Shown: positions 10,816 to 21,610 of the stretch, one piece after another
Layout: the number at the start of each line of letters is the position of its first letter
How positions within the stretch are numbered: the first letter of the stretch is position 1
Source of the DNA: Candidatus Bathyarchaeota archaeon
GTDB taxonomy: Archaea > Thermoproteota > Bathyarchaeia > Bathyarchaeales > Bathycorpusculaceae
Direction of reading: 5' to 3'
NCBI GenBank assembly: GCA_963806535.1
Contig: CAWDYC010000011.1
Location: 166,309 to 230,308, forward strand
DNA length: 64,000 nt
Program-made: the position numbers and the translations under genes
Notes under the pieces: generated by a model
What the model was told of the DNA's origin: nothing
The model's database searches: none
The model's input: only the letters and a program-made list of their open reading frames with translations

Positions 10816-11094
10816 TTATGCGGGTTCAAGGGTGACTTCTAAAGGAAAGCCTACAATGCTTGGTTCGTTGCGTCTTAGTTGGGCTAGTGGTACCTTGGGT
10901 ACGAGTATTCGTCCATCAGGGTACATTTTTGCAAAAAAGTTCTCTTTAGCACCCAGAATACCCACGACGTTTACTGTTACTTTTAAGGTCTCAGTCGTCT
11001 CCAGTTTAAATTGTTGCCTTACTATCTTGGGAACTTGTAGTTGATTGTTTTTTGTTAAGATTGCTTTGAAAGTGACTCTCTGGGTTAATGGCAC
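10816..11094 (-). CDS. Tandem AbrB/MraZ-like DNA-binding protein
   Basis: Two repeats, NNQLQVPK and DGRILVPK; GTG start at 11094. Confidence 0.6.
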   Translation of the reverse strand: MPLTQRVTFKAILTKNNQLQVPKIVRQQFKLETTETLKVTVNVVGILGAKENFFAKMYPDGRILVPKVPLAQLRRNEPSIVGFPLEVTLEPA

Positions 11095-11273
11095 CTTGTA
11101 TCTTCCTTTTTCTTCCGTTTTCTCACATTTTTTTCCTTTTTTTTCCTGATTCTTCCGAATTAATACGCATCCTGCAAAAGATTTAAGCTTTGCTTCAAAA
11201 AAGCAACCCAAAACAGAAAGAACAAACCCTGCCAAAAAAATCGTCAATAACTCAAACTAATCTGATATAGCAC

Positions 11274-12498
11274 TCACGAAGTTTTTTGTTCAGAGTTCTT
11301 TCTGAAACTCAAAATAAGCGGCACAGTTGCAACCGAAATAACCGCTGAAACTGCAAACGCTAACCCGTTAAAACCAACTGAAACGCCAAAAGAAAACGCG
11401 GTAGCAGCAAAAACGGCGCTATTGTTTGTGCGAGACCTGCTATTGCCCAAGCAACTCCTAAGCTTCCTCCTTGAGCATCTTTAGGAGTATTCAAAGAAAT
11501 CAATGTGTTAAGCGTAACAATCTGGACGCCGAAACCAAAGGAAATCAAAGCCGCAAATACAAAGAGAAGCGCCAAATTTCCCACTGCAGCCAAAGCCACA
11601 AGACCAAGGGTCAAAACTCCAACGCTATATCAAGGTCAGAGTTGTCCGGTCCAATTTCTTGCTTAGAATCGGTAATAAGACGGCTTGCGTAAACACGCTT
11701 ACGCCGCCAACAAAAAAGAAAACCAAGCCTGTCTCCAATGGACCAAACCCAAAAACCACTTTGCAACCAAGGAGAAAGAGCAGCTTGAAGAAAAACGAAA
11801 GCTACAAAAAACAAAAAGTAAATACTCAAAAGCAAGGCTATTTTCTGTTTTCTGAGAACAGATAACAAAGCTCGGAAAGAAAGCACTGTCCTCTTAATGT
11901 TGAAACTTGAAGGTTCAGGCAGCCGAAAATACGCTAAAACCAAATTCGTAAAAGCCAAAGCAGACGCCAGAAAAGACGGCAGCCCATAACCAAACAGGCT
12001 ACTGAGCGTTCCACCAATCGCTGGACCTAAAATGAAGGCGACACCTGCCGCTGCTCCAAGCAGCCCCAAGTACTTTAGCCTTTGATTTGGAGTTGTAACG
12101 TCTGCAACGTAAGCTTGTGCAACGGGAACGGTAGCTGCAGTGGTTCCGGAAAGCATCCTGCCCAAAAATAGAAGCCAAATCGCCTGTGCTGAGCCGAATA
12201 AGAAGTAGGCTAAACTGGATACTGCCAATGCTATGAGGAGGATTTTTCTTCTTCCGAATCGGTCACTGAATCTTGCAACGATCGGGGTGAAAACAAAAGA
12301 CATTGCGCTGTACGAAGCTAAAAGCACACCGTATAAAATGGCTGAGCCTCCTAAGGAAACCACGTAAAAGTACAGGTATGGAACTACAATGGCGAAGCCT
12401 AAGTTATCAAGAAAAACAACAAGAAAAAGAACACTGAAAGCCGATTTGCTGGCAGAAACGTCGCCTTTCTCTTGAGATTCATTAACCAAAAATTCCAC
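11274..12498 (-). CDS. MFS transporter, TetA/DHA1-like (frameshifted)
   Basis: SDRFGRRK motif A and GPAIGG motif C; continues across indels to stop at 11274. Confidence 0.85.
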
Positions 12499-12605
12499 AG
12501 TAAAACTTTAACAAGATTAAACAAATAAGCATTTTTGAGAAAATCAAAATAGAGTTTGGCGGCTCTCAGGCCAAGATTTGCTATTTGAAACTTACGATTA
12601 GATGA

Positions 12606-13109
12606 TTATTGATGTTGCCTGATGAATTTTGCAAGATTTACGATTTCAAGATCGCCTTTGCATCTAGGACAAGTGTTTTGGATTTCAGGTGCCTTTGCCC
12701 CGATTTTAATTGGAGCTCCACAGTGGCAACAATAGTAAGTGAGGGTTTTTCCTTTCTCTGAAAGGGTTTTAGCCAGCTTGACTGCTTCTTTTTGTTTTTC
12801 AGTTAATTCCTTTTCTTTCTTTTTTGAGGTTTCTTTTTTCTCAGTGGAAAAATTTTTGCAGGTTTCTGCCTCAACAAAATAGTTAGAATATCCAATCTTC
12901 GCAGATGCCAGATTTTTTCCAGTTTTCTTGCAGGATTCTTCGTCGAAGTAACCGCAGTCTTCGCAGGTCTTCTTCTGACCATATTCTTTTTGAAGTTTCC
13001 AATAGCAGTCAGCACAATACATTTGTTCCTTACTGTTTATATTCACAGTTAAACCTGAGCCAGAAAAGGATTTCTTGCAACCGCCACATTCAAACCGCAT
13101 AGCATTCAC
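12606..13109 (-). CDS. Multi-CxxC zinc-ribbon protein
   Basis: CGGC, CADC, CEDC, CCHC and CPRC motifs. Confidence 0.6.
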   Translation of the reverse strand: MNAMRFECGGCKKSFSGSGLTVNINSKEQMYCADCYWKLQKEYGQKKTCEDCGYFDEESCKKTGKNLASAKIGYSNYFVEAETCKNFSTEKKETSKKKEKELTEKQKEAVKLAKTLSEKGKTLTYYCCHCGAPIKIGAKAPEIQNTCPRCKGDLEIVNLAKFIRQHQ

Positions 13110-13236
13110 GTTAGAAAATATTATTCGGCAGGGTTTTATTTATTGTTTGATTAAGAATCAATTGTTTTTTAGGGGATTGTGGCGTTGTTTGGGTAACCCT
13201 CTGCTTTCTCAATAACTCAAGTACCTCGTATTATCG

Positions 13237-13473
13237 CTAAACTAAAACGCCGACGATTTTCATCTTTTCTAACACGTCTTGGTCATGGGGTGCAATATCC
13301 ATGGATTCTGTCAAATCTTGGCCAGCAACATGACCTAAATGGTCTCCTTCAAGCCATTGAGTAGATTCAGTGACATCGTATACTTTGCCTTTGAAACCTA
13401 CATAGGCAGGCTTCCCATTTTTGCCATTAAAAGTAGCAAGGTCTTGAAGACTAAAGTTTCGAGTTTCTTCCAT
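13237..13473 (-). CDS. Cytochrome b5-like heme/steroid-binding protein
   Basis: GKVYDVT, H-AGQDLT and APH motifs. Confidence 0.9.
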   Translation of the reverse strand: MEETRNFSLQDLATFNGKNGKPAYVGFKGKVYDVTESTQWLEGDHLGHVAGQDLTESMDIAPHDQDVLEKMKIVGVLV

Positions 13474-13744
13474 AAACTTCGCTTCAATGTTTTTTGAATG
13501 AAGCTTAAGATAAAGTTTGCGTTTGAATCTGGTTCATCTTTTCTTTTTCCTATACGTCATAATTAGTATTCTTGATTTGTCAAGGCTCTGCCAGAAAATC
13601 TGGCTAATATGATGTCAGTTTTAAGAAAACGGGTTACCACTGCATTTGAACACAAAATTTTTGAACCCCTAAATGTTGATTCTGGAATATCCTTATAAAT
13701 AGCTGAGGAATAAACCTTTATTACAAACTTAAGGAGAATAGAAA

Positions 13745-16399
13745 ATGCAAAAAACTAGTTTTAAGATTGCAACTTTAGTGCTTTCAATGCTTATGATCGT
13801 TTCAATAGGCGCTTCAATAATGATGATGCCAAATGCTAATGCACACATTCCAGCATACACAATTCCAACACTTTCGTTCATCAACGTCGCACCTAACCCA
13901 ATAGGTATAGGACAAACAACAACCGTTGACTTTTGGCTTGCAGTACCAACACAAACCAGTGAACGCGCAGTAAACATGACAGTTATAGAAACAGACCCAA
14001 GCGGAACTAAAACAACGCTAGGACCATTCACTTCAGACATTACCGGCGGAACAACAACCTTGATTACACCCAGCGTAGTTGGCAACTATACATTCCAAAT
14101 GTTCTATGGCGGCCAAACACTTACAGTAGGTAACACTACAACCAGTTTTGCTGGCGACATATTAACAGCCAGCCACAGCAACGTAGTGACATTAACCGTG
14201 CAACAAAACCCGATAAGCGGTATTCCATTTACTCCGCTTCCAACACAATGGTGGCAGACTCCAATTAACGCAGAAAACGTTCAAAACTGGTACGCAATTT
14301 CGGGACCATGGCTCGGATTAGCCTCAAATGCTTTTGGAAATACTGGAGCATACAATGCAACTGGAAACTATAATCCATACACCTTAGGACCAATGACTGG
14401 TCACCTTCTCTGGACAAGGCCTTGGGCAGTCGGAGGAGTTGCAGGCGGAGACGCAGGTGGAAGCGAAACAAGCGGCTACTGGGGAACATCTCAATATGAA
14501 CCAAAATGGAATCCAGTCGTAATTGACGGAATTGAATATGCTACACATTATACAACAACAACAGGGTACAATGACGGAATTGTTGCAACAGACCTATTCA
14601 CCGGAAAAGATCTTTGGACAATAAACACAACTAACCCACTGAAATGCGGCATGCAAATTGCTTGGGAGTCACCTAACCAATACGGCGTTGTTGGACCATA
14701 CCTAATAACTTCCGGTAGTCTTCCTGCACAAGACACAGGCGGAGCAAGCTACGCGAATCTCTACAACGCTTCTGGAACCCAATACAACATATATGATGCC
14801 CTAACTGGACAGTACATCAAGAGCATTATAAACGGAACTGCACTAAGTTTTCTCACAGCAGATGCAAATGGTAATTTGATAGGCTACTACGTTAACGCAA
14901 CAGCAGGCACAGAAATCGTTCATCCACAACCAGGAGTAAACGTTGTCCAAACAACACCCGTTGGAGCTCGTGCACTGACAGCATGGAACATGACAATGGC
15001 TCTAGGACAAAACAGTGGACAATGGAGTCTATCGTTAAACAGTGTCTCTAATTTTAGAGACGGAATAATGTACAATAACCCATCGATACCTACCAACATT
15101 TCAGGCGTTCCAATAACACTCAATGGCGGTGGATTAACACAGAGCGAAATCGGCAGCAACGTTATAGTGATGACTTATGGCGGTAGCGTCGGCGGTTCTC
15201 CAGGAGAAACAGCTGGCTGGATAGTTCAAGCAGGATTCGATCAAACCACCGGAAACTTCCTATGGATGTATAATTACACAGAAACACCATTTACGCGGCT
15301 AAGTCAAAACTTCTATTTCCTATCAGGCAACGGCGTCTGGGTTGACATAAACGAAAACACCTTTGTAGCTACAGGTTACTCACTATTTACAGGCAAACAG
15401 GTTTGGCAAACTACGCTTACAATTAATGGATCTACTCCAAACACTTACGACACATACGGCATACAAGAGATAGTGGACTCTGGACACGGCATAATGTACA
15501 TGTGGGGCTTAGGCGGAGACGTATGGGCTGTCAATATGGGCGATGGCAAAATCCTATGGACGTACAGTACAGGCGACAGCGGATTTGAAACACCCTATGG
15601 CGTTTGGCCCCTGTGGGTTCAGTACGGAGGCGTACTAGGCGGCGGTCAATTATATCTCTCTGAAGGTCACGAATACAGTCCACCTCTATTCCACGGAGCT
15701 CAAGTAATAGACTTAAACGCAACAACAGGACAATTAATCTGGCAAGAATTAGGATATGCTGACACAGGCGGAGCAATTGCCTATGGCATTTATACAACAT
15801 TCAACTCTTATGACAACCAAATTTACGCTTACGGCCAAGGACCAAGCAAAACAACAGTTACCGCACCAGATATTGCAGTTACAGTAGGAACACCAGTAGT
15901 AATTAGAGGAACCGTGACAGACGTTTCAGCTGGAGCATCGCAATCAGCAGTGGCAAAGAACTTCCCCAACGGCTTACCAGCAGTATCTGACGCGAGCATG
16001 AGCCACTGGATGGAATACGTTTACATGCAGCAAGTATACCCAACAGGCACAACAGGTGTTCCAGTTACTATTAGCGTTATCGACTCGAACAACAACTTTA
16101 GAACAGTCGGCGCAACGACATCTGACGCAAGCGGCTTATTCAGTTTAGATTGGAAACCAGATATACCAGGTAACTACACAATCATCGCAACATTCCCAGG
16201 TTCAGGCGGATACTACGGATCGAGCGCAGAAACAGCACTTTATGCTATGTCACCAGCATCATCGCCAACACCAACTGCAACAACAGCAACTAACTTAGCA
16301 TCAGAAACATATGTACTAAGCATAGGCATCGCCATAATTGTCGTAATAATCATTATTGGCGCTGTATTAGCAGTGCTGATGATGAGAAAAAGAGCATAA
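13745..16399 (+). CDS. PQQ-like beta-propeller cell-surface protein, paralog 1
   Basis: Signal peptide, TGxxxW repeats, Ig-like termini, S/T/P linker, TM helix and RKRA tail. Confidence 0.85.
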   Translation: MQKTSFKIATLVLSMLMIVSIGASIMMMPNANAHIPAYTIPTLSFINVAPNPIGIGQTTTVDFWLAVPTQTSERAVNMTVIETDPSGTKTTLGPFTSDITGGTTTLITPSVVGNYTFQMFYGGQTLTVGNTTTSFAGDILTASHSNVVTLTVQQNPISGIPFTPLPTQWWQTPINAENVQNWYAISGPWLGLASNAFGNTGAYNATGNYNPYTLGPMTGHLLWTRPWAVGGVAGGDAGGSETSGYWGTSQYEPKWNPVVIDGIEYATHYTTTTGYNDGIVATDLFTGKDLWTINTTNPLKCGMQIAWESPNQYGVVGPYLITSGSLPAQDTGGASYANLYNASGTQYNIYDALTGQYIKSIINGTALSFLTADANGNLIGYYVNATAGTEIVHPQPGVNVVQTTPVGARALTAWNMTMALGQNSGQWSLSLNSVSNFRDGIMYNNPSIPTNISGVPITLNGGGLTQSEIGSNVIVMTYGGSVGGSPGETAGWIVQAGFDQTTGNFLWMYNYTETPFTRLSQNFYFLSGNGVWVDINENTFVATGYSLFTGKQVWQTTLTINGSTPNTYDTYGIQEIVDSGHGIMYMWGLGGDVWAVNMGDGKILWTYSTGDSGFETPYGVWPLWVQYGGVLGGGQLYLSEGHEYSPPLFHGAQVIDLNATTGQLIWQELGYADTGGAIAYGIYTTFNSYDNQIYAYGQGPSKTTVTAPDIAVTVGTPVVIRGTVTDVSAGASQSAVAKNFPNGLPAVSDASMSHWMEYVYMQQVYPTGTTGVPVTISVIDSNNNFRTVGATTSDASGLFSLDWKPDIPGNYTIIATFPGSGGYYGSSAETALYAMSPASSPTPTATTATNLASETYVLSIGIAIIVVIIIIGAVLAVLMMRKRA

Positions 16400-16559
16400 G
16401 AACAACACAGCAAACAATAAACTATATTTCCTTTTTTTATTTTTTTTAAATTAATCAAAACAAAAATAATCCATATACTGAAAACTACAATTATCTTAAT
16501 TTTATATTAATATCAAATTAATCATTTTTCAAAGTTAGGCTAGCTTTTATGCTTTTCTT

Positions 16560-17207
16560 TTAGGCAAAATTCTTACTTAGAAAAACCAAATGAGATATCA
16601 TAGTGAAATGTGTAACTCCGGTTAGAATATACTGAACTGCAATAGCAGCAATAAGTAATGCCATGACTCTGGCGATAACTAACGAACCTGTTTTGCCAAG
16701 TATCTTGTAAACGCCGTTAATAAACCTAAGAATAGTCCATGTCAACGACAATACGACGACCACAGCCAAAATCGCAATTAAAGTTGCTACTAAAGCGCCA
16801 TATGGCATTGTATAAACTTGAAGATTAAATATTGTTGTCGTTATGGCTCCAGGTCCAACAAGAAGTGGAATAGCAATCGGAACTACTCCAATCGTTTCAG
16901 GGACGATTCAGTGCTCTCTCGAGTTCCAGAAATTAGGATTCTAATTGCAATAATCAAGAGTAATATGCCTCCTGCGACTTCAAAGCTGTAAATTGACAAG
17001 CCAAAAATGTTCAGAATTTCTTGTCCTGTGAATGCAAACACCAGAAGTAGAACAAATCCGACAAGCACAGCAGTGTTGTAAACTTCTTTTTCTTTGATTT
17101 TCTGGAACATTTTGAGTTAAGCCAATAAAAATGGGAATGTTGCCAAATGGATCGACGATTATGAATAGAGCAATGATTGCTTTAACCAAGTCTGAAATGA
17201 AATCCAC
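16560..17207 (-). CDS. marC: MarC family membrane protein (frameshifted)
   Basis: IIVDPFGNIP, AGGILL and PIAIPLLVGPG motifs. Confidence 0.85.
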
Positions 17208-18224
17208 ACAAACATTCTCCAGAGCTTAATATTACTCTGTTGCTGATTCGATAAAAACGTAACGGATACAAAGTAGCCAGAAAAGCATAATAACCAATTT
17301 TTTTGTTAAAAATTGTTAGACTGGTTTCTTGCCAGCTTGCAACAAAATCAAGGAATTCCTGCACTGGTTTACGACCATAATTTCTTAATTTCTCTCTTAG
17401 TTCAACCTGTTCTAACGCCGCTTTCTGGAAGGCTTGAATTTGACTGGCTCCCTCAGTAAGGTATAGGAAGCCGTCGGCTCCTGCTCTTGCACATCGTACA
17501 CTTACTGTCAGCAGTTCTGAGGTTGATGGCACATCTTTTGGATTGTCGCCTGGACCGAAAACGTAAAAGCTAATGTAGAATGGTTTTTTAAGTAGCTTCT
17601 TGAAGCCACGTGCAAGCGTTTCCCAATACCATGGAGTAGCGTAGTTTTTGCTAAACATTACAACATTGAAGGCGTCAGCATACTTAGCTAAGTCGTCAAA
17701 GTCAACACCATACCGCTCGTAAGAGGTTACAGGGTCAGGTTGAATACACAAAACCAGTTCTTTCTTGACTACTTCTCGCACTTGAGCCATGTAGTCAGAT
17801 GATTTCTTTTCTTCGCCATTCAAGCCAGCCCAAGCCGCTTTTCTTCCACAGACTCGTTGCATCTTGGACATGTGCAATGTCCATGATCGGCAAAGTATTG
17901 GCTATTTAACCATATGCCAGCCGATTGTTGGTCAACATTAGTTATGTACTGTAATTGTTCAGCTCTATGCTGCGGCTGTGTCGCGCAGACGACGTCCCAA
18001 TATATGTTGTAGTTGGGGTTTCCCATTTTTGCGGGTCCCAAAGGTGACTGAGATATCCATTCTGGATGATTACGGACAGCAACGTTGTCGGCGAAAACTG
18101 CAATGTTGCTGCACATATCTTGTACTGGAGTTAATCTTATGCCTGTTTCTGGTTTAACACGTAAAACATGAAAATCAAAGCCTTCTGCCTTTTGTGGCTG
18201 GAACGTGTATGTGCCAAATTTCAT
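17182..18224 (-). CDS. Hypothetical TIM-barrel/glycoside-hydrolase-like protein (frameshift near 17850; 3' end uncertain)
   Basis: HPEWIS, HCTCPRC and ADAFNVVMFS patterns. Confidence 0.45.
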
Positions 18225-18655
18225 TCTGTTACGCCTTTTCAGCCGCAAAGAAGCGGTTGTTGTGTAATAAGGTTTTTGTGTAAAGCACGATTTGATCAAT
18301 TATAGCTGAAAAACAATTGACTGAATTCTATATTTCTAAATTTTAGTTAGTGGTTACGTTTTTTCCATAATTTTAACTTAAATCTGTAAATTTGTGCAAA
18401 GGTTGAAAGAATACTCTTTTTTCTAAGGAATTAACTCCTTCAATTTCAGGCTTAGTTTTGAACGTTCTTTTAATATGTGGCTTATATTTGGTTAAATAAT
18501 TGGATGAATGCTGTTGAATAGCTTAATATTGTAAACAATCACACAATAATAAGCAAATATGTGTTTCATATGAGCATATTTTAAATATAAGTCCGTGTAG
18601 TTGTATAGTAAAAAATTATTCAACTAAACAAATGTCAAAAAGGAATAGATGAAAA

Positions 18656-19946
18656 ATGGCGGCAGGAGACATAGCGTGGGTAATAACTGCAACAGCATTA
18701 GTCATGCTCATGACACCAGCACTAGGATTCTTCTACGGAGGCCTAGTGCGAAAGAAAAACCTAGTATCAACAATCGTTCAATGCTTCATAATATTCGCAG
18801 TCATAAGCATCATCTGGGCGCTTTGGGGCTATGCCCTTGTGTTTGGCAACAGCATCAACGGGTTAATCGGCTTTAAAACAAGCCTGATAGGATTAAACGG
18901 CTTAGACATACATGCCGTTAACACGGCAATTGCGCCACAGGTTCCCGAACTACTTTACTTTGCATTCCAACTAAAATTCGCAGCAATCACGCCAGCTCTC
19001 ATTATAGGTGCATGTGCAGAAAGAATCAGATTCAAATCCCTTCTTATCTTCATGATTCTTTGGTCAACACTCATCTACATGCCAATCGCACATTGGGTAT
19101 GGAACCCAAACGGATGGCTTCACAACTATCGGCGCTATCGACTTTGCTGGAGGGATAGTTGTACACATTTCAGCAGGCATTTCAGCATTAGCTGCAGCAT
19201 TAGTGGTGGGCAGACGAAAAGGATGCGCAGTTCCATGGCAAAACCACATGAAATCATTAGATAAAAAAGATCACTCAGCAGAATTCAAACCAACCAACAT
19301 CCCTTATGTACTCTTAGGTGCAGCATTACTCTGGTTCGGATGGTTCGGCTTCAACGCCGGCAGCGCAGTAGCCGCAAACGACTTAGCAGTCTCAGCACTT
19401 GTGACTACAAACTTGGCAGCAGCAGCAGCAGCTGTAAGCTGGATGCTTGCAGACTGGGCAATCAAGGGAAAACCATCGGCAACGGGTATTGCGGTTGGGG
19501 CAGTGGTTGGATTAGTGGCGATTACGCCTGCAGCAGGATATGTCAGTGCATCATCTGCTTTAATTATTGGTTTAGCGGCAGGAGTTATTTCAAACTTGGT
19601 AGCTAACTGGAGGTCAGGTAGATCACGAATTGATGATTCATTGGATGTTTTTGCATGCCATGGTGTTGGCGGAATGTGGGGGTCAATCGCAACAGGCCTC
19701 TTCGCTTCAGCAGCAATCAGTGCATCGGCGGGCGTTCCTGGCTTTAACGGTGCCCTTTTTGGAAACCCAGGCCAACTCGTTGCTCAGTTAATTGCAGTTG
19801 GGGTAGTGGTACCATTTGCATTCTTCGGTTCCTATTTACTGCTTAGACTCGTGAATATATTCTCACCTTTGAGGGTGAGCGAACAAGCAGAAGATGCAGG
19901 TTTAGACCTTAGCGAACACGGCGAAGAAGCATACCAACTTGACTAA
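18656..19946 (+). CDS. amt: Ammonium transporter 1 (frameshift near 19125)
   Basis: DFAGG, WFGWFGFNAGS, twin His and C-terminal HGEEAY. Confidence 0.95.
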
Positions 19947-20218
19947 GCTGAGAACAGAGCAAGAACTCTAATTCTTTTTTTATTTAATTTTGAAATAAGC
20001 TTTTAGACATTTAACACTTTAAACTTTGTTTTTTGAACGGTTTTCCATAAAAATGTTTAGCTATCCAATAAGCGTTGAAAGAATGCAAATATTATGAGAA
20101 ATTTTTTGAGCATTTATCCATAATTACTGCTTTAATCAATGCGAATGTATAGTTTAAATATTAGTTTTGCCAACTTGCAAGAACAAACAAACAGTATTGA
20201 CGCTGAGAGGGGACAAAT

Positions 20219-21508
20219 ATGGGAGCAGCTGACATCGCGTGGGTTCTGACATCGACAGCCCTAGTTATGTTAATGGTTCCAGCCTTGGCTTTCTTCTATG
20301 GTGGGTTAGTGCGGAGAAAAAATCTTGTCTCCACGCTTGTTCAATGTATCATTATTTTTGCTGTGGTAAGTCTTGTATGGTTTTTTTGGGGCTATAATTT
20401 CGTTTATGGAAAAAGCATCGGCGGATTTATAGGGTTTAGCCCAAACTTATTTGGATTAAACGGACTAACAATAAACACCGTTAATCCCACATACGCAAAA
20501 GATATCCCAGAAATTCTATTTTTCGCGTTCCAACTAAAGTTTGCCGCTATCACTCCTGCCCTAATCATAGGTGCATGTGCAGAAAGAATCAAATTCAAAT
20601 CGCTACTTATCTTTGTCATTTTGTGGTCAACTCTCATTTACTCTCCTATTGCGCATTGGGTATGGAACGCCAACGGTTGGCTTCACGTATTGGGCGCTTA
20701 TGATTTTGCTGGTGGCATAGTAGTGCATATAGCTGCTGGGTTATCGGCATTGGCGGCAGCGCTTGTAGTCGGTAGACGAAGGGGCTGCGTTTACTGGAAA
20801 GACCAGCTCAAAGCATTAGATCAAAAAGGCGCAGGCAAACCAGCATCTTTGGCAACAGAGTTCAAGCCAACAAACATTCCATATGTAATTTTAGGCGCAG
20901 GCTTACTTTGGTTCGGGTGGTTCGGTTTCAATGGTGGCAGCGCATTGGCAGCTGACAATCTTGCTGCATCAGCTGTCGTAGTTACTAATTTGGCAGCCGC
21001 CGCAGCTGCAGTTAGCTGGATGCTAATGGATTGGGTATTCAAAGGAAAGCCTTCAGCAATTGGAATTGCAGTTGGTGCTGTATGCGGTTTGGCTGCAATT
21101 ACAGCCGCTTCAGGTTACGTTAGTTTTATGTCGGCAGTTATAATAGGTTTGGTTGCTGGCGTAGTTTCCAATTTGGTGGCTAACTGGCGAGCTGGCAGAT
21201 CAAGAATAGACGATACGCTCGACGTTTTTTCCTGCCATGGAATCGGCGGTATAATCGGTGCCCTTGCGGTAGGTTTGTTCGCAACAGGTTTGGTTAATCA
21301 AGGCGTTAACGGTCTTTTCTATGGTCATCCTGCTCTGCTTGGTATCCAAGCTCTTGCTGTACTAGTTGTGTCTGTCTTCGCGTTTGTGGGCTCCTATTTG
21401 CTTTTGAGATTGGTGGATCTGTTTTCTCCTCTGCGCGTTAGTCCTCAAGAAGAAGAGGATGGCTTGGACCTTAGTCAACATGGAGAAGAAGCATATCACC
21501 TCGAATAA
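20219..21508 (+). CDS. amt: Ammonium transporter 2
   Basis: Same motifs as copy 1; intact. Confidence 0.97.
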   Translation: MGAADIAWVLTSTALVMLMVPALAFFYGGLVRRKNLVSTLVQCIIIFAVVSLVWFFWGYNFVYGKSIGGFIGFSPNLFGLNGLTINTVNPTYAKDIPEILFFAFQLKFAAITPALIIGACAERIKFKSLLIFVILWSTLIYSPIAHWVWNANGWLHVLGAYDFAGGIVVHIAAGLSALAAALVVGRRRGCVYWKDQLKALDQKGAGKPASLATEFKPTNIPYVILGAGLLWFGWFGFNGGSALAADNLAASAVVVTNLAAAAAAVSWMLMDWVFKGKPSAIGIAVGAVCGLAAITAASGYVSFMSAVIIGLVAGVVSNLVANWRAGRSRIDDTLDVFSCHGIGGIIGALAVGLFATGLVNQGVNGLFYGHPALLGIQALAVLVVSVFAFVGSYLLLRLVDLFSPLRVSPQEEEDGLDLSQHGEEAYHLE

Positions 21509-21610
21509 CAAACCTTGACCACCGTATTTCCTTAAGTCCGACTACTTAGCGATAATTTGCAAAAGTATATGAGCCGATTAACCAATATGGTCATCGCAGG
21601 GTGAGGGTGT

